A stretch of 64,000 nucleotides of DNA from Klebsormidium nitens (taxonomy: Eukaryota; Plantae; Klebsormidiophyceae). A program made the position numbers and the translations under genes. The stretch's first letter is position 1; each line of letters starts with the position of its first letter. The notes under the pieces were generated by a model that was not told the origin of the DNA, made no database searches, and saw only the letters and a list, made by a program, of their open reading frames with translations. Location: assembly GCA_000708835.1 (NCBI GenBank), contig DF237197.1, positions 1 to 64,000 of the forward strand, written 5' to 3'. Positions 34,178 to 47,425 of the stretch are shown here, in pieces.

Positions 34178-37100
34178 ATGGGTACTCCAGTGGAGCCGTC
34201 CACACCACCCCCGGAGCCCAGCACTTCTCCCCCGAGCAGCAGTGCCAAAATCTACCCCCCCTCGCCTCTGCTCAGGCACCGCATGGCCGAGCTCCGTCAG
34301 TCTGCCACCTGTCAGGACGCTCTCTTCTCCCTCAACCAGATCGTCAAGGAGATGCAACCCTCCGCCGTCCCCCGCTTCCTGACTCACCTTCAGAGCGAGA
34401 CGAGCAGCCCCCCCAGAAAGCCGTCGTACGCGCACCATGCGATCTCGCTCTACATCAGCCTGGCGCGGGAGCACAAAGAGAAGCTCGTTCCGCAGATACC
34501 CCGGGTGATGAGGAATCTGATGCTGCATTTGAAGACTCCCGGGGTCGTAGCGGGAACGGGGGGGTCGCCTGGCGGGGGCGGGGAGAGCTCGGTGCACCAG
34601 GCGTGCGCGCAGGTGGTGCTGGAGCTGGCGAGGATTCCGGTGAACGGCGAGGCAGCTGGGACCCAGCTGCTGCAGGTGAGATGATCACAACCCTCCAGGT
34701 TTTTCCTTCTTTTCTGTATGATCCAGTGTTATGGCCAGCAAATGTCCACTGGTATGTCTGACGGGGGCTGGTAATCTGCCCAATCAAACTTTGTCGTTCT
34801 TTTTGGTATCGAGAATGATGGCCAGCAGAATTCTGCCTCTTCATTTGGCTGAGAAGTGCATGGTGTGCTCAGTTGAGTGATCAAGGATTAGCCAGCTGAT
34901 GCAGGTAAAACGTTTGAGCTTTCATGTTGTGTTGGGCTTTTTCTTCTTCAATGATCGCAAAGTTGTTTCCTTTCTGTCCAGCTTAATAGATGAGGGTTGT
35001 GTATGCTAGTGCATTGCTTGATCGAGATCAACAAAGCTGATTTTCACACGTCAATAGATGGCGCGCATCCTTGTTTTTGCTTGATACAGAGTTGATGAAC
35101 TTAAAGAAGTTGCTGTGATTTCAAGTGTCCAACCATTTGGACATTTTGGGACTGGGGCTCGACGCATCCTCATTACTGCATCAACACATTCAGCAAAGTA
35201 CCAGAATTCCTTGAGTTAAAACGTTCAAGGCACAAGGTTCTTGACTGATCAGTTATATGCTTGCGCCAAAATACCCACCAGCATGAAACTCCATTCAGCC
35301 CTGTGCATGAGACAGGTGAAAGAGAGTTGGTTTGGTAGAAATGTCCATTATGTTTGATAGCCTTGATGTTGCACAGCCATGCTCACTCACAAGCCTAGCA
35401 TGCATCAAAACAAAACGTCCCAAACCTCACCAAGTTCTGCTGGCAACACAATTCGAGCCTGGACTCTGCAGCGCATTCACTCTTAAAGTTCTCTGATCAC
35501 CATGAAAAGCGCACCCATGGCATGGGCAAATCAGAAGAGTGAATGCTCAAGTATATTGACTCAAAAGGTGGTACAAGCTGTCGAATCATCAACGCCGCCG
35601 ACTCGCTTCATGTTTTTCCTGTTTCCGGCCGCCGCAAGGAGATACTTCGAACGCCTCTCTTTTCCCACCTGCTGTTGCATGAATTCCGATCCCGTCAGCC
35701 ATTGCTGCTGTCTAATAATCTTACCCTTGGAAAGCCTTTTTGCCCCCCACTTTCAGCGTGCCAGACAAAGCTTAGAGCCAATCGATCAAAGGCCCGCTGA
35801 CGTTCTTCCATCTTGGCCCCACAGCCCCACGGATTACCCATCAGAGTGCATTCCATCCCCCCCAAATCAACGTCACTCGGTACCCACTCTTCTGCGGGAA
35901 TATCCCCATAGCAGAATGACACCCACTGACTCATATCGCTCCCCTCCGCTTACAGGACATATGTAGCCCCCTGATTGGCGCTCTCTCCAAGGGCGAGAAC
36001 GGCCCACTCTATGGAGCGTCCACTGAATTGTTCGGCGCAGCGTACTGTCTCAAGGCTCTGGTGGACTGTTCGGACGTGTGGCAGCGCGCGTCGGACGGTC
36101 TGGTGGACGACGTCTGTAGCGAGACGGCGGAGGTGCTGCGAACGGAGGGGGCAGCGGTGTTCTTGCAGCTCGCGTGTTCGTTGGCCAGGTACTGTTCTTT
36201 CTTCTGCTGTCAGTAGCCTTGAAATCAAACGACTCCGCATTGCGCCATGAGAAGAGTCTGGAACATTGTGCACCTGTGCTTTTCACAGAACTTGATTAAG
36301 CACGGGCTAGCTTGAGTGAAACGACTCCGGATGCTTGTTAATCTGCTGACTACTTGAATCAACAAGGGTTTTGGACCATAGTCCAACTGCTCTTGAGGCT
36401 GTGTCTGGCCCATGAGTCTGCCTTCCGTCCCTTCCTCTTGTCCTTTCGTTTTCTTCTCTTCCTTTTGTTCCTCGAAGGCCCAAACGGGACCGTTGGAGCC
36501 TCGATTACCTACCGTCAAATCCCTTGCTGTTGGCCTACCGGGTCCAACGGCTCCGCCAATGCTCAAAAGAGGCCGTGCCCTTTCTGCGTAGATTTTTACA
36601 CCCCCTTACGAGATTATTCACACCCCCGCAGGTCAAACATCGCCGTCTGCCAGCACTACGCCGACGACCTGCTCCAGGCCGCCGGCCAGGCCCTCCAATG
36701 GCACGCCGCCAGCTGGCAGCAGCGCTTCGCGGCTGCTAAACTCTATACGGAGGTCCTGTCGCGAGCGGACAGCGACGTGGTGGCGCCCCTCGGACCGTCC
36801 GCGCTGAAAGTGCTGGAGAGCGTCCGGGATTCGGACCCGTCACCGTACGTCCGCGAGCAGGTGCGAGGCCATCTGACTTTCTGTTATTTTGTTGTTGCTC
36901 TTTTCGACTGCTTTTTCGGATTCTGGATAACATGAGTCGTTGAGGGAGGGGCGCCATAGTGCTCAAAAGCGTGAGGGGTTCGGAACTGTTGCCGTACGTT
37001 GACGAGCAGGTGCGGTCCAATCTGCCTCTATCTAATCTTCCTCTCCGTACTTACCTTATTGCTTTTCTGAGTTTCCTCTCTTCTCGATGACAATTGATTG

Positions 37101-40100
37101 GTCTGGACGTACTGGTGCTGCAAAGCGTCCGGGACGCTCGACCTGTCGCCGTGAGTGTGCGACCAGGGGGCGATGCCCTGTGTCGTTTCCTTGTTTCGTG
37201 GCCGGCCGTTCTTTCTTCTGGATAAAATGGAACAGAGAGGCAGTTCGAGCCTTGGAGGTGCTGAAGGGCGTGCGGACATCCAGACCCATTGTCATACACT
37301 CACGCGGATGTCAGAAGCCCAGTGCTTTTTGCAATTCTGCAGGTCACTTTTCGAGTGTCCTAGTTCTCAATGTCATGTTGCTTCTTCAAGTTGCGTGTGA
37401 GAAAGTGAAGGGTGACACTGGAGGACGGGAGAGTGCAAGAGCTGTCACGGCGGATTTGGAATCGAGGACGTTATTTTTCTCAAGCCGAGACATAATCAGG
37501 GTCGGAGACAATGCGACTGAAGTGTGCGCACCTTGGACCCATCATAAATATGCTCATATTTCGGGCAAACCTTTTTATCTGCATAAGACTGGAAATGTCG
37601 GCCCTTGGAAATAGGTTCTGAGGGAGGAAGCTATGACGGATGGGGCTCCATTTGACGAAGGAATGATTTTTCCCTTTATTTAGCTTCTAGTTCGCTCTCA
37701 CCCTTTACTGCCTTCTCTTCCATAGGCTGTTGACGCGATTCGCGCCCTTAAGGGCCGCTCCTTCCTTCGAGACTCCCAGCCCTCTTTCCGGGGGCCCAAA
37801 ACGCCTGACGCTTCACCCCCCCGGCGGACTCCCAAAGCCTCCCCCCCCCGACGAACGCCTCCCGCGTCACCCCCCCTCACCGGAGCGCTTGCACCTGCCC
37901 GTCCCACTCCGAGTGCAGAGTCGCCAAAGCTTCCTCCAAAGCGCTCAAAATTCGCTGACGTGGCAGCTGGTGACGTCAGCAGCTCGGAGCGTCCGAAGAA
38001 GCGCGCGCCGCCGGTGCTCGCGTCCGTAGAGTGGCCGTCCGGCGAGGGCGGCGGCCCGTTCGGGGGATCCCCCATCTACGAGCTTCCGGAGGAGGACGAC
38101 GCTAGCCCACTGCTGACGGCACGAAGGGTGCCCCCAGCCGCGACGTCGCCGAGGGATCCCCCCCAGGGTCTCCAGACTTTGACGGAGGACGGGGCTGCAG
38201 CAGATTGGAGGAGAAACGCAAAGCTGATGCAATCGGCGGAGTGGCCGGCAGGGGGGCTGGGTTCCCCAGTTTATGAGCCCGAGGACTTTGACCTGACTCC
38301 GCTTGGGGTGGCTGACGTGACAGGGGGGGCCCCCGGGGCCTTCCGGCCGGCGGCGCAGCTCGGCAGGACGCCCCTCAAGAAGTCGCCGCTCTCGGCGCCG
38401 AGCGGCGGCCCCGAACCCGCCACTCCGGAAACGACACCTGTCTTCGTCATCGCAAGGACGCCGCCTCTCGTTGCCCGCAGCTTGGAAGGAGCAAACTCAT
38501 CGGGTGTCTCAACTGCGGGGGAGGTGCCGCAGAGTAGCCCGCCCCCCGAAAGAGGGTCGTTGAGTCCTCGGACCCTGGGTCCGGAACTGGGTTTAGCAAA
38601 CCTTCTGACCGACAATTTCTCAGGGGGAGAGGTTCTGCAGAGTGACCCGCCCCACGCTGGAGGGTCTCCGCTGAGTCCCCGAAGCCCGGGTCCGGAATTG
38701 GGTTTGGCAAACCTGCTGAGTGACGATACGGACGCTGGACAGGCGCTTCCGGACGTGGTGTTGTCCGTGTCCAAAATTCCGCGGCCACCATCGACCAGAC
38801 GAGACTCTGGCGATTCAAGCGACGGCCCTGAGAGCAGCCCCCCGCATGCAGAAGCGGAGGCGCCGGCCCCGCTGACTGTCAACGTGCAAGGTAAGCTCTT
38901 ACGTGACTCTACTAGGGATGCATCCCGTTTCTGAGCAGAACTCCCACGCGGGCGCTCGCTGCAATCTCTCCGCATTCTGGGCTGTGGCTTGGGATCCGCC
39001 ACCATTGATTAAGGTTTGATTAAGGTCCTTTCACGATCAGAGAAAGTACGAGATCCTCAGCCTTTTACAGTCTCAAGTTAAGCGTCTCTCAGGTCGCAAC
39101 TTTCCCTGGATAGAAATTCCCCTTGAGAAACCCGACTGAGACCAGGCAAAGTAGCCTCAACAACCTTGGACCCTGAGGCCCGATGTTTTGCAGAAATCTT
39201 TCACCTTTAGTTTCGTGCTTGCAACAGAATCAAGTTTTTTTTCTTTCTCCATCAGGGGAACCACCAAGCCCCAGTTCTCCCGCCCACCAACCCCGCCCCG
39301 AAAACAGTCCCTCGCGCATTCCCACCCCGAGTACCATTCCGCGCCCCAAAGCCTCCGTAATCGCGGGGAGCCACATTCCACCCGCGCCCGCACAGGGCCT
39401 CTCCCCACGGCCCGAGAAGCAGCTCCAAGGGGAGGCCCTGTCAAAGCCGACGTCGCCAGGCGGTTTACAGGGCCTCTCGTCCCGGCCCGAGAAGCAGCTG
39501 CAACGGGAGGCCTTGTCACGGCCGCGGTCGCCCAGCGCAGAACTAGAGCGGGGGGCGAAGAAGAGGGCGCCGGGGGTGCTGCTGAAGAGAGAGAGCTTCG
39601 AGGAGCGGTTGCGACAGGTGGCGGATCGGAGGGAGTCGGGGGGTTTGGGGGCTTTGGAACGACCGCGGCGAGCGAGCGCGGCCGGCCTGGAAGAAATTGG
39701 TGCGGGGCGCGGGAAGGAGAAGGGTAACGGCAATACTCGGGTGAGTTTTCCGCGCCTTGCTAGTTGCTCGAGCTCTGGTTTTGGTTGGAAAACTGCGTGG
39801 GAAGCAGAACGATAGCGGCAGAACGATGAGCCTTTCGTCCATTACTAGTGGCCTGCAAAAGCCTCCGCCTCGGGACACGTCAGCAAGAACCGCTGCATAT
39901 CTACAAGGGAAGCAGTTAACTTTAACAATGTTGTGAAACACGTCAGCAATACCAGCTCCCATCCTCGACTTTGCTCTAGCTGCCTCGTCTTAATCCTCAA
40001 ACCTCGTTTGCAGTAGTGCTTCGATTCTAATTCGTTATGAGCGAAAAGTGCTTCGAAAGATCGAAGCGGCTGATTGAACAGTCCTTTACCTTGCAGCGGA

Positions 40101-42610
40101 AGTCGTCGATAGGCCCTGCCGACTTCCTCGCCACGAGCCCCCGCCAAATGATCCGCCGCCTTACCTCCGAGTCCCCCGCCTCCGCTAAAACCTCCCCGAG
40201 CACAACGCCCAAGAGCGTTTTGACATTCAACACGCCCGGAGCACGTTTACCGGGCTCGACTTTAGCCCCCGAAAGCTCGGCTTATACACCACCAGAAACA
40301 CCCGGGGCAGAAGCGGGAACTGAGAACCGGCTGGACGGCGAAACGGGCCAAAGTGAGAGCGGTGGGAATGAGCCTAGTGTGGATGGGGACGCTGGAGCTA
40401 AAGATGGTGTGAATGGGGACGGTGGAAATGCACTCGAAATGGACAAGGAGATCGACGAAGATCTGGTGTCGATGGAGAGCCCGGGGACTGGTTCCGACAC
40501 GTGGGCTAAAGAAGGTGGGGTCTCTGGGGCTGGTGACGTCCTGGTGACGTCATCGAGGCGGGAGAGCGCGAATGGGGGTGGGGCGGCGGGGAGGTACAGT
40601 TTCGGGGAGGACAGCGGTAGCGATACGGAGGCGCCAAAAGGGACGAGAGAAGATACTGAGGGGAGGGGACACGTGGAGGATGCTCAGCCGTTGATTGCTT
40701 TCGGGAGCGGGGTGCTGGAAGAGGGGTCTGGGGAGACCAGCCTGGGAGAAGGACACGTGGAGCGTTCTGGGCCACAGGTCGTGGGCGCACGTTTTGCGAA
40801 GCTTCTAGATCAGGCGAACACAGAAGCAGCGAACGAGACCGGAAAGAAGGTTCAAGAAGGCATTAAAGCAGAAGCCTTCGAGTCAGAGCGCTCGAAAGCA
40901 GAGCCTCCAACCATCCCCTCAGGTGCGAGCCCCTCGAAAGCCTCCAGAGATGAGGATCTGCACAGGAAAGAGGATGAGCAGTCTCCAGCAGCGCATTCCG
41001 GTGGAAGTCCGGACCGGAACGAAGAGTGGCGCGTGCACGAGAACCCGATCGCGGCGCCGGACGCCGGACGCGCGAGCCTGTCCCCGGGCTGGGAAGCGTC
41101 CGAAACGACGTTTGACAAAGAGACGCTGCGCCGGATGAGTGCCGGAGAGGTGTCGAGCCCGGCGCCGCCCGAGGGTTTGGGGGTTTGGGTTAGGGGGGAC
41201 CGCGAGGAGGGTTTGGGTTTGGAAGCGAGGTTAAGCGAGGGTTCTGAAGAGCGAGAGGCAACGGTTCCAGAAGGGAGAATTGGCGAGGTCTCTGACGAGG
41301 GTGTGGGGGTGTGGGGGGACGCGCGGGGGAGTGGCAAGGAGGTATTGTGTTTGGAGGCGAGGTTAAGGGAGGGTTCTGAGGAGCGCGAGGCATCGGTTCC
41401 AGGAGGAAGAAGTGGCGAGGTTTCTGAAGAGGGTTTGGAGATTTGTGCGAACGTGGGGGCAAACCGGGAAGAGGGTTTCGAGAATTTCGAGGGTTTGGAG
41501 GCGAGCTTAAGCGAGGGTTCTAAGCAGCACGAGACATCAGCCTCAGAAGAGACGAGAGACGAGGTTTCTGAAGAGCAGGAAGGGCTTGAGTCGGAGGAGA
41601 AAGGAGGGAGTGGACGCGGAGAGGAGAAAGCGTCTGGGGTTCGAGTGGTGGAAGCCAAAGAGGGTTTGGAGAACGAGGCGGGTTTGGAAGAACCGAAGGG
41701 AGCGCAGTCCTGGTCCGGACCGGCTGCTGAGGTGTCCGATTCGGAAAGTCCTGAGCGTAGCGGAGTTCCGAACGATGCTGATCGGGACGGAAGTCCGGAA
41801 GCTGCTGAAGGGAGCGGAGCTCGAGACATACGGAACGAGGAGTCGAAGGAACGGACAGCGGAAGGTGAGGAGAAGCGCAATACGGAAATGGAGGGCGGAA
41901 TTGAAGAGGAATCTGAAGCTGGGGCGCCCCAGGCCGATGAGGAGAATCGGGGCGCGAAAGAGGAGGCAGTTGGAGAGGTTCCTGCGAAACTAGTGCGGGG
42001 GGAGTTTTACCAGGTTCAGGACGGCAGCGCAGTAGGAAGGGGGCCCGAGGACAAACCAGCTCTGGAGGGTGGGCGAGAGAGGGAAGAGGAAGCAGATTCG
42101 AAGAATCAAACGTCGCGAAGTGGAACAGAAGTGGTCGGGGAGACGAGTGACGTTACCACAGAAGGCGAGAGTCCGAACGGTCAGCCTTCAACGGTTTCTT
42201 CGGACGTCCGAACGGCTGATTGTGTCAACAAATCAGCGGAGGAAAAGTCAAAGGATGCGCCACGTGTCGAGTCTCGGGAAGAAGAGAAGAGCACGTCTGC
42301 GAGCAGTGAAATGATGGGTGCGTCCCCGCCCAAGGTTAAGAAGCGGGTCACGTTCTCAGAGCATAACCAGTACCAGATGATTGAGCCGAACCCACCGCCG
42401 GAAGAACGAGCGCTTATGCGGAGCGACGCTCCTGAGAGATTACGTTTGAGGGATTGGGTTAGATTTGCAGGTAGGGCGGCCGAGAAAGGGGTTAGGAACA
42501 CGGTTATCGCGATTGCGGCAGCTGAGGTAGGAACGGTTATGTGGGTGGTTACGAGGGGTTTGTGGGAAGCGTACTGTGCGCCGACGATCAACGTCCCTCT
42601 ACCATCTTGA
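34178..42610 (+). CDS. SINE1/SINE2-like ARM-repeat protein with long disordered linker and C-terminal TM plus KASH-like tail, 6 exons, ~1,707 aa
   Basis: Exons 34178-34675, 35956-36188, 36632-36860, 37726-38890, 39256-39740 and 40097-42610 join in frame (5124 nt). The N-terminus resembles my recollection of Arabidopsis SINE1 (PLLRHRMAEL, ISLYISLAREH..LVPQI, QACAQVV..LAR, GAAYCLKALVDCSDVWQRASDGLVDDVC). The protein ends TVIAIAAAEVGTVMWVVT-RGLWEAYCAPTINVPLPS*. Confidence 0.8.
36810..37330 (+). repeat. Tandem ~150-bp units (3' end of exon 3 plus 5' splice site): 4 copies
   Basis: Copies start at 36810 (functional), 36959, 37115 and 37258. Copy 2 is 38/51 identical to the exon end, ungapped, and keeps CAG|GTGCG at 37010. 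TTCTGGATAA recurs at 36921 and ~37217. Confidence 0.85.
41173..41590 (+). repeat. Coding tandem repeat, 3 x ~41-45 aa, in the SINE1-like linker
   Basis: GLEARLSEGSEEREATVPEGRIGEVSDEG / CLEARLREGSEEREASVPGGRSGEVSEEG / GLEASLSEGSKQHETSASEETRDEVSEEQ. Confidence 0.85.
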
Positions 42611-45101
42611 TGGAGGTGCACCGTCGTGACGCGCTTTGTCCTACAAGGGCGGACTTTGTTGTTTGTACACTAGAGGTCTCGTTATCAACAAAGGTTCAAT
42701 CTGGGAGGTGGTTCTGAACTTCTTTCCATCTCTGCTGGAGGCACTGCGGGGTCGACATTTCTCGCAATGAGTGATGACTTGCAATGTTTATTCAAGTGCG
42801 TGTAGTATCCGTGTGCCGTGGGTATGCTGGTTCGACTATACAGGCAATGCAGAGGTGCTCAGGCTGGGCCAATGCTATATGAACTTGTCGCCTCTCAGTG
42901 TCATACAATGACTGGCCGGAGAGACGTACCTTCTGCTTCGATTAAGAAATGCTGGCACGGGGCTTATCATTCAATTGTTAATCTGGCTTATGCAATTTAA
43001 GTTTAGCACGAGATCCTTCAATTAGTGGAATCACTATATTATTACAACTGCATATTCGTAACACTCGCGGCTGTCCAGCGCGCACACCTTGGCGTGTGAT
43101 TACAATCTGCTTCGACTGCTCAGTCGAACTGCAAGTGATTCATCAAATTCAAATATATATATGTTTACACTCGAATCTGATTTGAACCTTTGGGCTGTAT
43201 ACCTGAACTACCGTCACACCTATATATTAGCTCTGATTGCCGTGCGCCCGCACATGCTAGTCGTCGAATATGTTTGCCCTAGCTTGAGCTAGGCAGGTAC
43301 GATTTGACATGTCTCAGGGCATGCAGCTAGTCACTGAGTCTTCGCATATGCAATCTCATTTCATTCTATGGAAGAGGTCTGCAGATCCGGCCCCACCGGC
43401 AGGCGGATGCATCTTGAGCGATCGTTCCTGCTCGGTCTTGTCAACAACGATTAATTGCACCAACTTTTTCTCAAAATTGAACAACTACCTCATATCCTAG
43501 TTCTGCTAATCTACCGTACGCTCCTATATTGGCTTGCCTCTTTTACGCAGTAAAATATGCGGACTATTGCTTTCGTGTCAACCGCGTTTTTGCGACGCTG
43601 TACGACGCCGCTCTGCGGAAGATAGGGGAGCCGAGTCTGCCCTGTTTTCAGTCACCCGCACTTCGATACGAAAACGTACGCAAAAACCCGAAAAAGGTCC
43701 ACACCTCAAAAGCCACCGAGCCCAGACTGCCCCGCGCGCCTTCGTGGAATGTTGCTACGAATCGAACGCGGACGCGAGTGTCCCGACGCGCAAAAACGTA
43801 ACATTGTAACGCTTGACCTCGATTTCTCCGAACAGATTGAATACAGGCCTGCCACGTTGCATGCCGAAGGCTGTGAAGCTGCCACGTAGTGGTTTGTACC
43901 TCAATTATGCACCTGACACTGTGGCGTATCCCGGTCGTCAACCCAATAAATTAGAATTCAAATCACCCTTATATGCGATGGACTCATTTAGTATTGCTGC
44001 TTTCGAATTGCAACGATGGGTCAAAGTGTCCGGAGGGAAGAGCGACTGAGATCCCGGTACGTACTGCAGTTGTTCAGACCACAGGACGGTGTACGGACTT
44101 CCGTGTACCGCGTGTGCACGCTCGCGCACAGACTTCAGCACTTGCTTTAGTATGGCGGAAATTCACAGGAGGTAATCAGAGCAACGCCACACGATGCCAC
44201 AATGTGCACTTTAATATTTCTGCCCGAAATCGCCCAATAAAAGAGGCAAGCCCCCGCCGCCCTTCTGGGCGGTCTACCATGTGATTATGTATGTCTTGAT
44301 ATACATCCTGTACATCTACAACAAGTGGAGGCAACCTCGATCAATTGATCCTCCAGGCCGGCGGCAAAGCGGCTACACATGGCGGCGCATCCCTTCAAGG
44401 TCTTGGCATCCGGCCTCAGGATGACGATCCAACCGTCTGATGAGTAGCTTGCTTGTTTTACGAGCTCAGTAGGAGCTTCAGGATCATAGCCTAGGTTTGA
44501 AGGACTCGGGCAAGATGATCCCGTCACGCCGTGCTCTAAGGACAATTGTTCAGCCATAATATGCACTGTAGTGTCAACTACTGGTTGCTTAACAGCCATG
44601 TTTGCTAGATAGAGGGATATCGTAGGTGTTCCGAAGTTCGAACTTGGTCGAATCTTGTGTTGACACCGTTCGGGCCCATGGCGCAAGCTACGGTCCTTAT
44701 AATAGAAGTATGAATGAATGAATGCATCGATCGTGTTAATATTAATCAACACGGTCCGATCGATGTGCCAACCATGTGCAATGGGGCTTTGAGTGTTACG
44801 GACTACAAACAATCAAGTAGTCCTTGAAGGCCGCACATTTCGGTTGCATCACTCAGGCTGGTCAAAAGACCAATTGGGCGGGCGCAGCGCGCGGGCGGCC
44901 GGCCCAACCTAGCTCAATCGACGCTTGCAGAACCTACCTGAACCTGCAGTGATCTCTCGTTTGGAGGGGCTGAGAGCCTAGCTGCCGCTGCCGAGCAACA
45001 ATACAGTGTCAACATCAGCCTACTCTCGCAAAGTCTAGAGATCAATAACGTCACTCTCGCAAAGCGGCAAACTTGCTTTACCTGCATCGACGTTGAGGTA
45101 T

Positions 45102-47425
45102 TTACGACGGAGCAATGGACACTCGCTCTAAAGCTACCGTGTACTCAAGCGTCGACCCCCCTGGAACGACGACCCCGTTTTGCAATTCCACGTCACCCTC
45201 GCCGAATCCCAATTCAGGGGGGACGACTATCCTCCTCTTTCCCCCAGACTTCGCACTCGACAGAGCCTCCTCGACCCCCCTACAAAGACCACCCGCAAAC
45301 GGGCGGCCTCCAAACACAAACGCTATGGCTTTCTGGCCCTTTGCAAAAGTATTAGCCAGCTGGATGTTGGCGCCGTCTTTCGTCGTGGCGACGGCGCTGA
45401 AGTTGATTAGAACGAGGTCACCCCGGAGAGGGCTCTGGCCACCGCCGATGACCAGGTCGGTGTACCGCACGCCATCTGGCAAGGTGACCTCTTTTGCGGC
45501 CTTCACGTCCCTGCAGTGGCAAAGAGAAACGCTTGTCTACAGTAGTTGCAGGTGTCTTTCATCAATCGTCAGGAATCGACTCCATCATATCAGCAGCCTG
45601 AGGGGCAAGAACAGGCACTAGTCTAGTTGCGGGGGTCATCCATCAACGGTGCGCTTTGCCTGACGCTTGTTGGACGTCAACTGAATCGTTCAAGCAGCCT
45701 GAGGGACAAGAAAAGGCGCTTGTCAAGTCGCTGAATCATCATGTTGGGATCTCCAATGGTTGGCGAAAGTCTACTCGATTGAGTAGCCTTGACGCCAGCC
45801 GTCATACAGCGGAGACCTGTTGGTGTTTCCAGACCGCAAAACGTCCTCCTGTCGTCGTTTATGATTGCCCTTCCATTGGAAGCTAAGAGTGACCAACCAT
45901 AAAAATTCGTCCCACACTTCGATGAACTTTCAAGGTTCAGCCTGACCGGCTGGCTCTGAAGGCATACTCTATACGCAAACACTTCAGCAAAGGACTCAAG
46001 GTTTGCCTTTTGGATACTGGTACGTTTCAGGAAAGGTCTAAGTGCATAGCGGAATGTCATCAGGGAAGGCAGGATGATAGATGGATGAGAACATTGAGCC
46101 TGAACAGAGTACACCAACATGCTCTTTCTTTCTCCTGGTTTAGACTTGGTTACAGGACTTTCAAACGTCTTTCTTTCAGTGCTGTGCAGGCTGCCAACAC
46201 AGCGACCTTCCAGCTGTCTACCTAGAAAACCCCTGAACAGGCAACTCACCACTCCCCATACTCAGGCATGGTTCAGAACGAACCGCCTGTCAAGGAAGAC
46301 TTTCATCATAACCCAACAGAGTAACAGGAGTCACGGGGAAAGTCTCTCTTTGACTGCATCGACAGACTGCTCACTTGGTATTCTGTTCCGCTTCATAGAC
46401 CTCTCTCCGCGTCTTGACCTGCTCGGAGATGACCCCAAACGACAAGATGCCCAGCCACGCCAGCCCCCCCGCCAGCCCAAACCGCCGGGTCAGCGCAGAG
46501 GAGATGAAGTCTGTTGAGTCCGCTTGCCGCTTCTTCTTTGGTGCCCCACTCTGCATTGATTTGCAGGAGTAGTTGTTTGACCGGTCCTTTTCAGAACTCG
46601 AGTGAGGGCCCAAAAATGTGTGACATTTGCAAGAAGAGCGGCCTGCAACCGGTGAGCTTGAAGTGCTCGCAGGGAGGCATTTGTGACGGGGCGCTGATCA
46701 GTCTAACGCAGCTTACACTACCGTAGACCTCCCAGCGACAAATTGCCGAGCGTGTTCTCACCCGGGGTGGTCAGCAGCTCGCGGTACAACCCAAGAAACA
46801 GAGTGACTGCATTCTTGAGTCATGACATTCAGGGGGCCAAGGTTTTCAGAGCAGAATCCTCACATGGTCAAGACCAATCTGGATAGAGTTCTGCCCCCCT
46901 TGCGCAGCCAGCTTCCTTGCAAGCTAGGATGAGAGCAGCTTCGACAGATGTATTTATGCGCATTCTGCAGATACATTGTCTTGAGATTGTAAAACCAGCG
47001 CCATTGATTCACCATGTTGCTTTCTCCTTCTCAAGAGGTCCAGAGTATCTGTGTCAAAATCTGTGTACCGAAACAGAAAACGTGGACCTAAGTGTCTTTC
47101 AAATGTGAGTGCAGAGTCTCACCTGCTGAGTAAACTGTGCCGCCTGTTCTCTCTCCTCTGTCTTCACGCTCAAGGGCGCTTGAGGTCCCTCGCTAGAGCT
47201 CCCGTCCTTCGCTGTCTCTCCGTCACTCTCAAGAGAGGCCCTGACATGCCCCGCTTTCTTCACTCTAGAACTCAAATGAGCGCCGCATCGCCTCCTCAAA
47301 AGCACAGACGACGCAGTTTTCGCATGAAGCTCGAGTGCTGGGTTCAACACAGGTGGCCCTGAGCAACGCCTCAATGGAGCCTTCGTTGCTAAGCCGAAAG
47401 CGCATTGACAAGCAGCTGAAGTCAT
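45102..47425 (-). CDS. FKBP17-2: Chloroplast FKBP-type immunophilin, FKBP17-2/17-3 type, 3 exons, ~295 aa
   Basis: Exons 47425-47123, 46550-46375 and 45510-45102 are in frame (888 nt). Transit peptide, then SSALTRRFGLAGGLAWLGILSFGVISEQVKTR, then an FKBP domain ending GGKRRIVVPPELGFG..LEYTVALERVSIAPS. Confidence 0.92.

Noticed and set aside
38271-41880. Long antisense ORFs (38271-39005, 40852-41880; likewise 59877-60725, 14891-15466)
   Set aside because: Shadow ORFs opposite GC-rich real exons.
44285-44600. Glycine-cleavage H-like fragment (ELVKQASYSSDGWIVIL)
   Set aside because: Only one loose motif, with no lipoyl-Lys region and no splice support.
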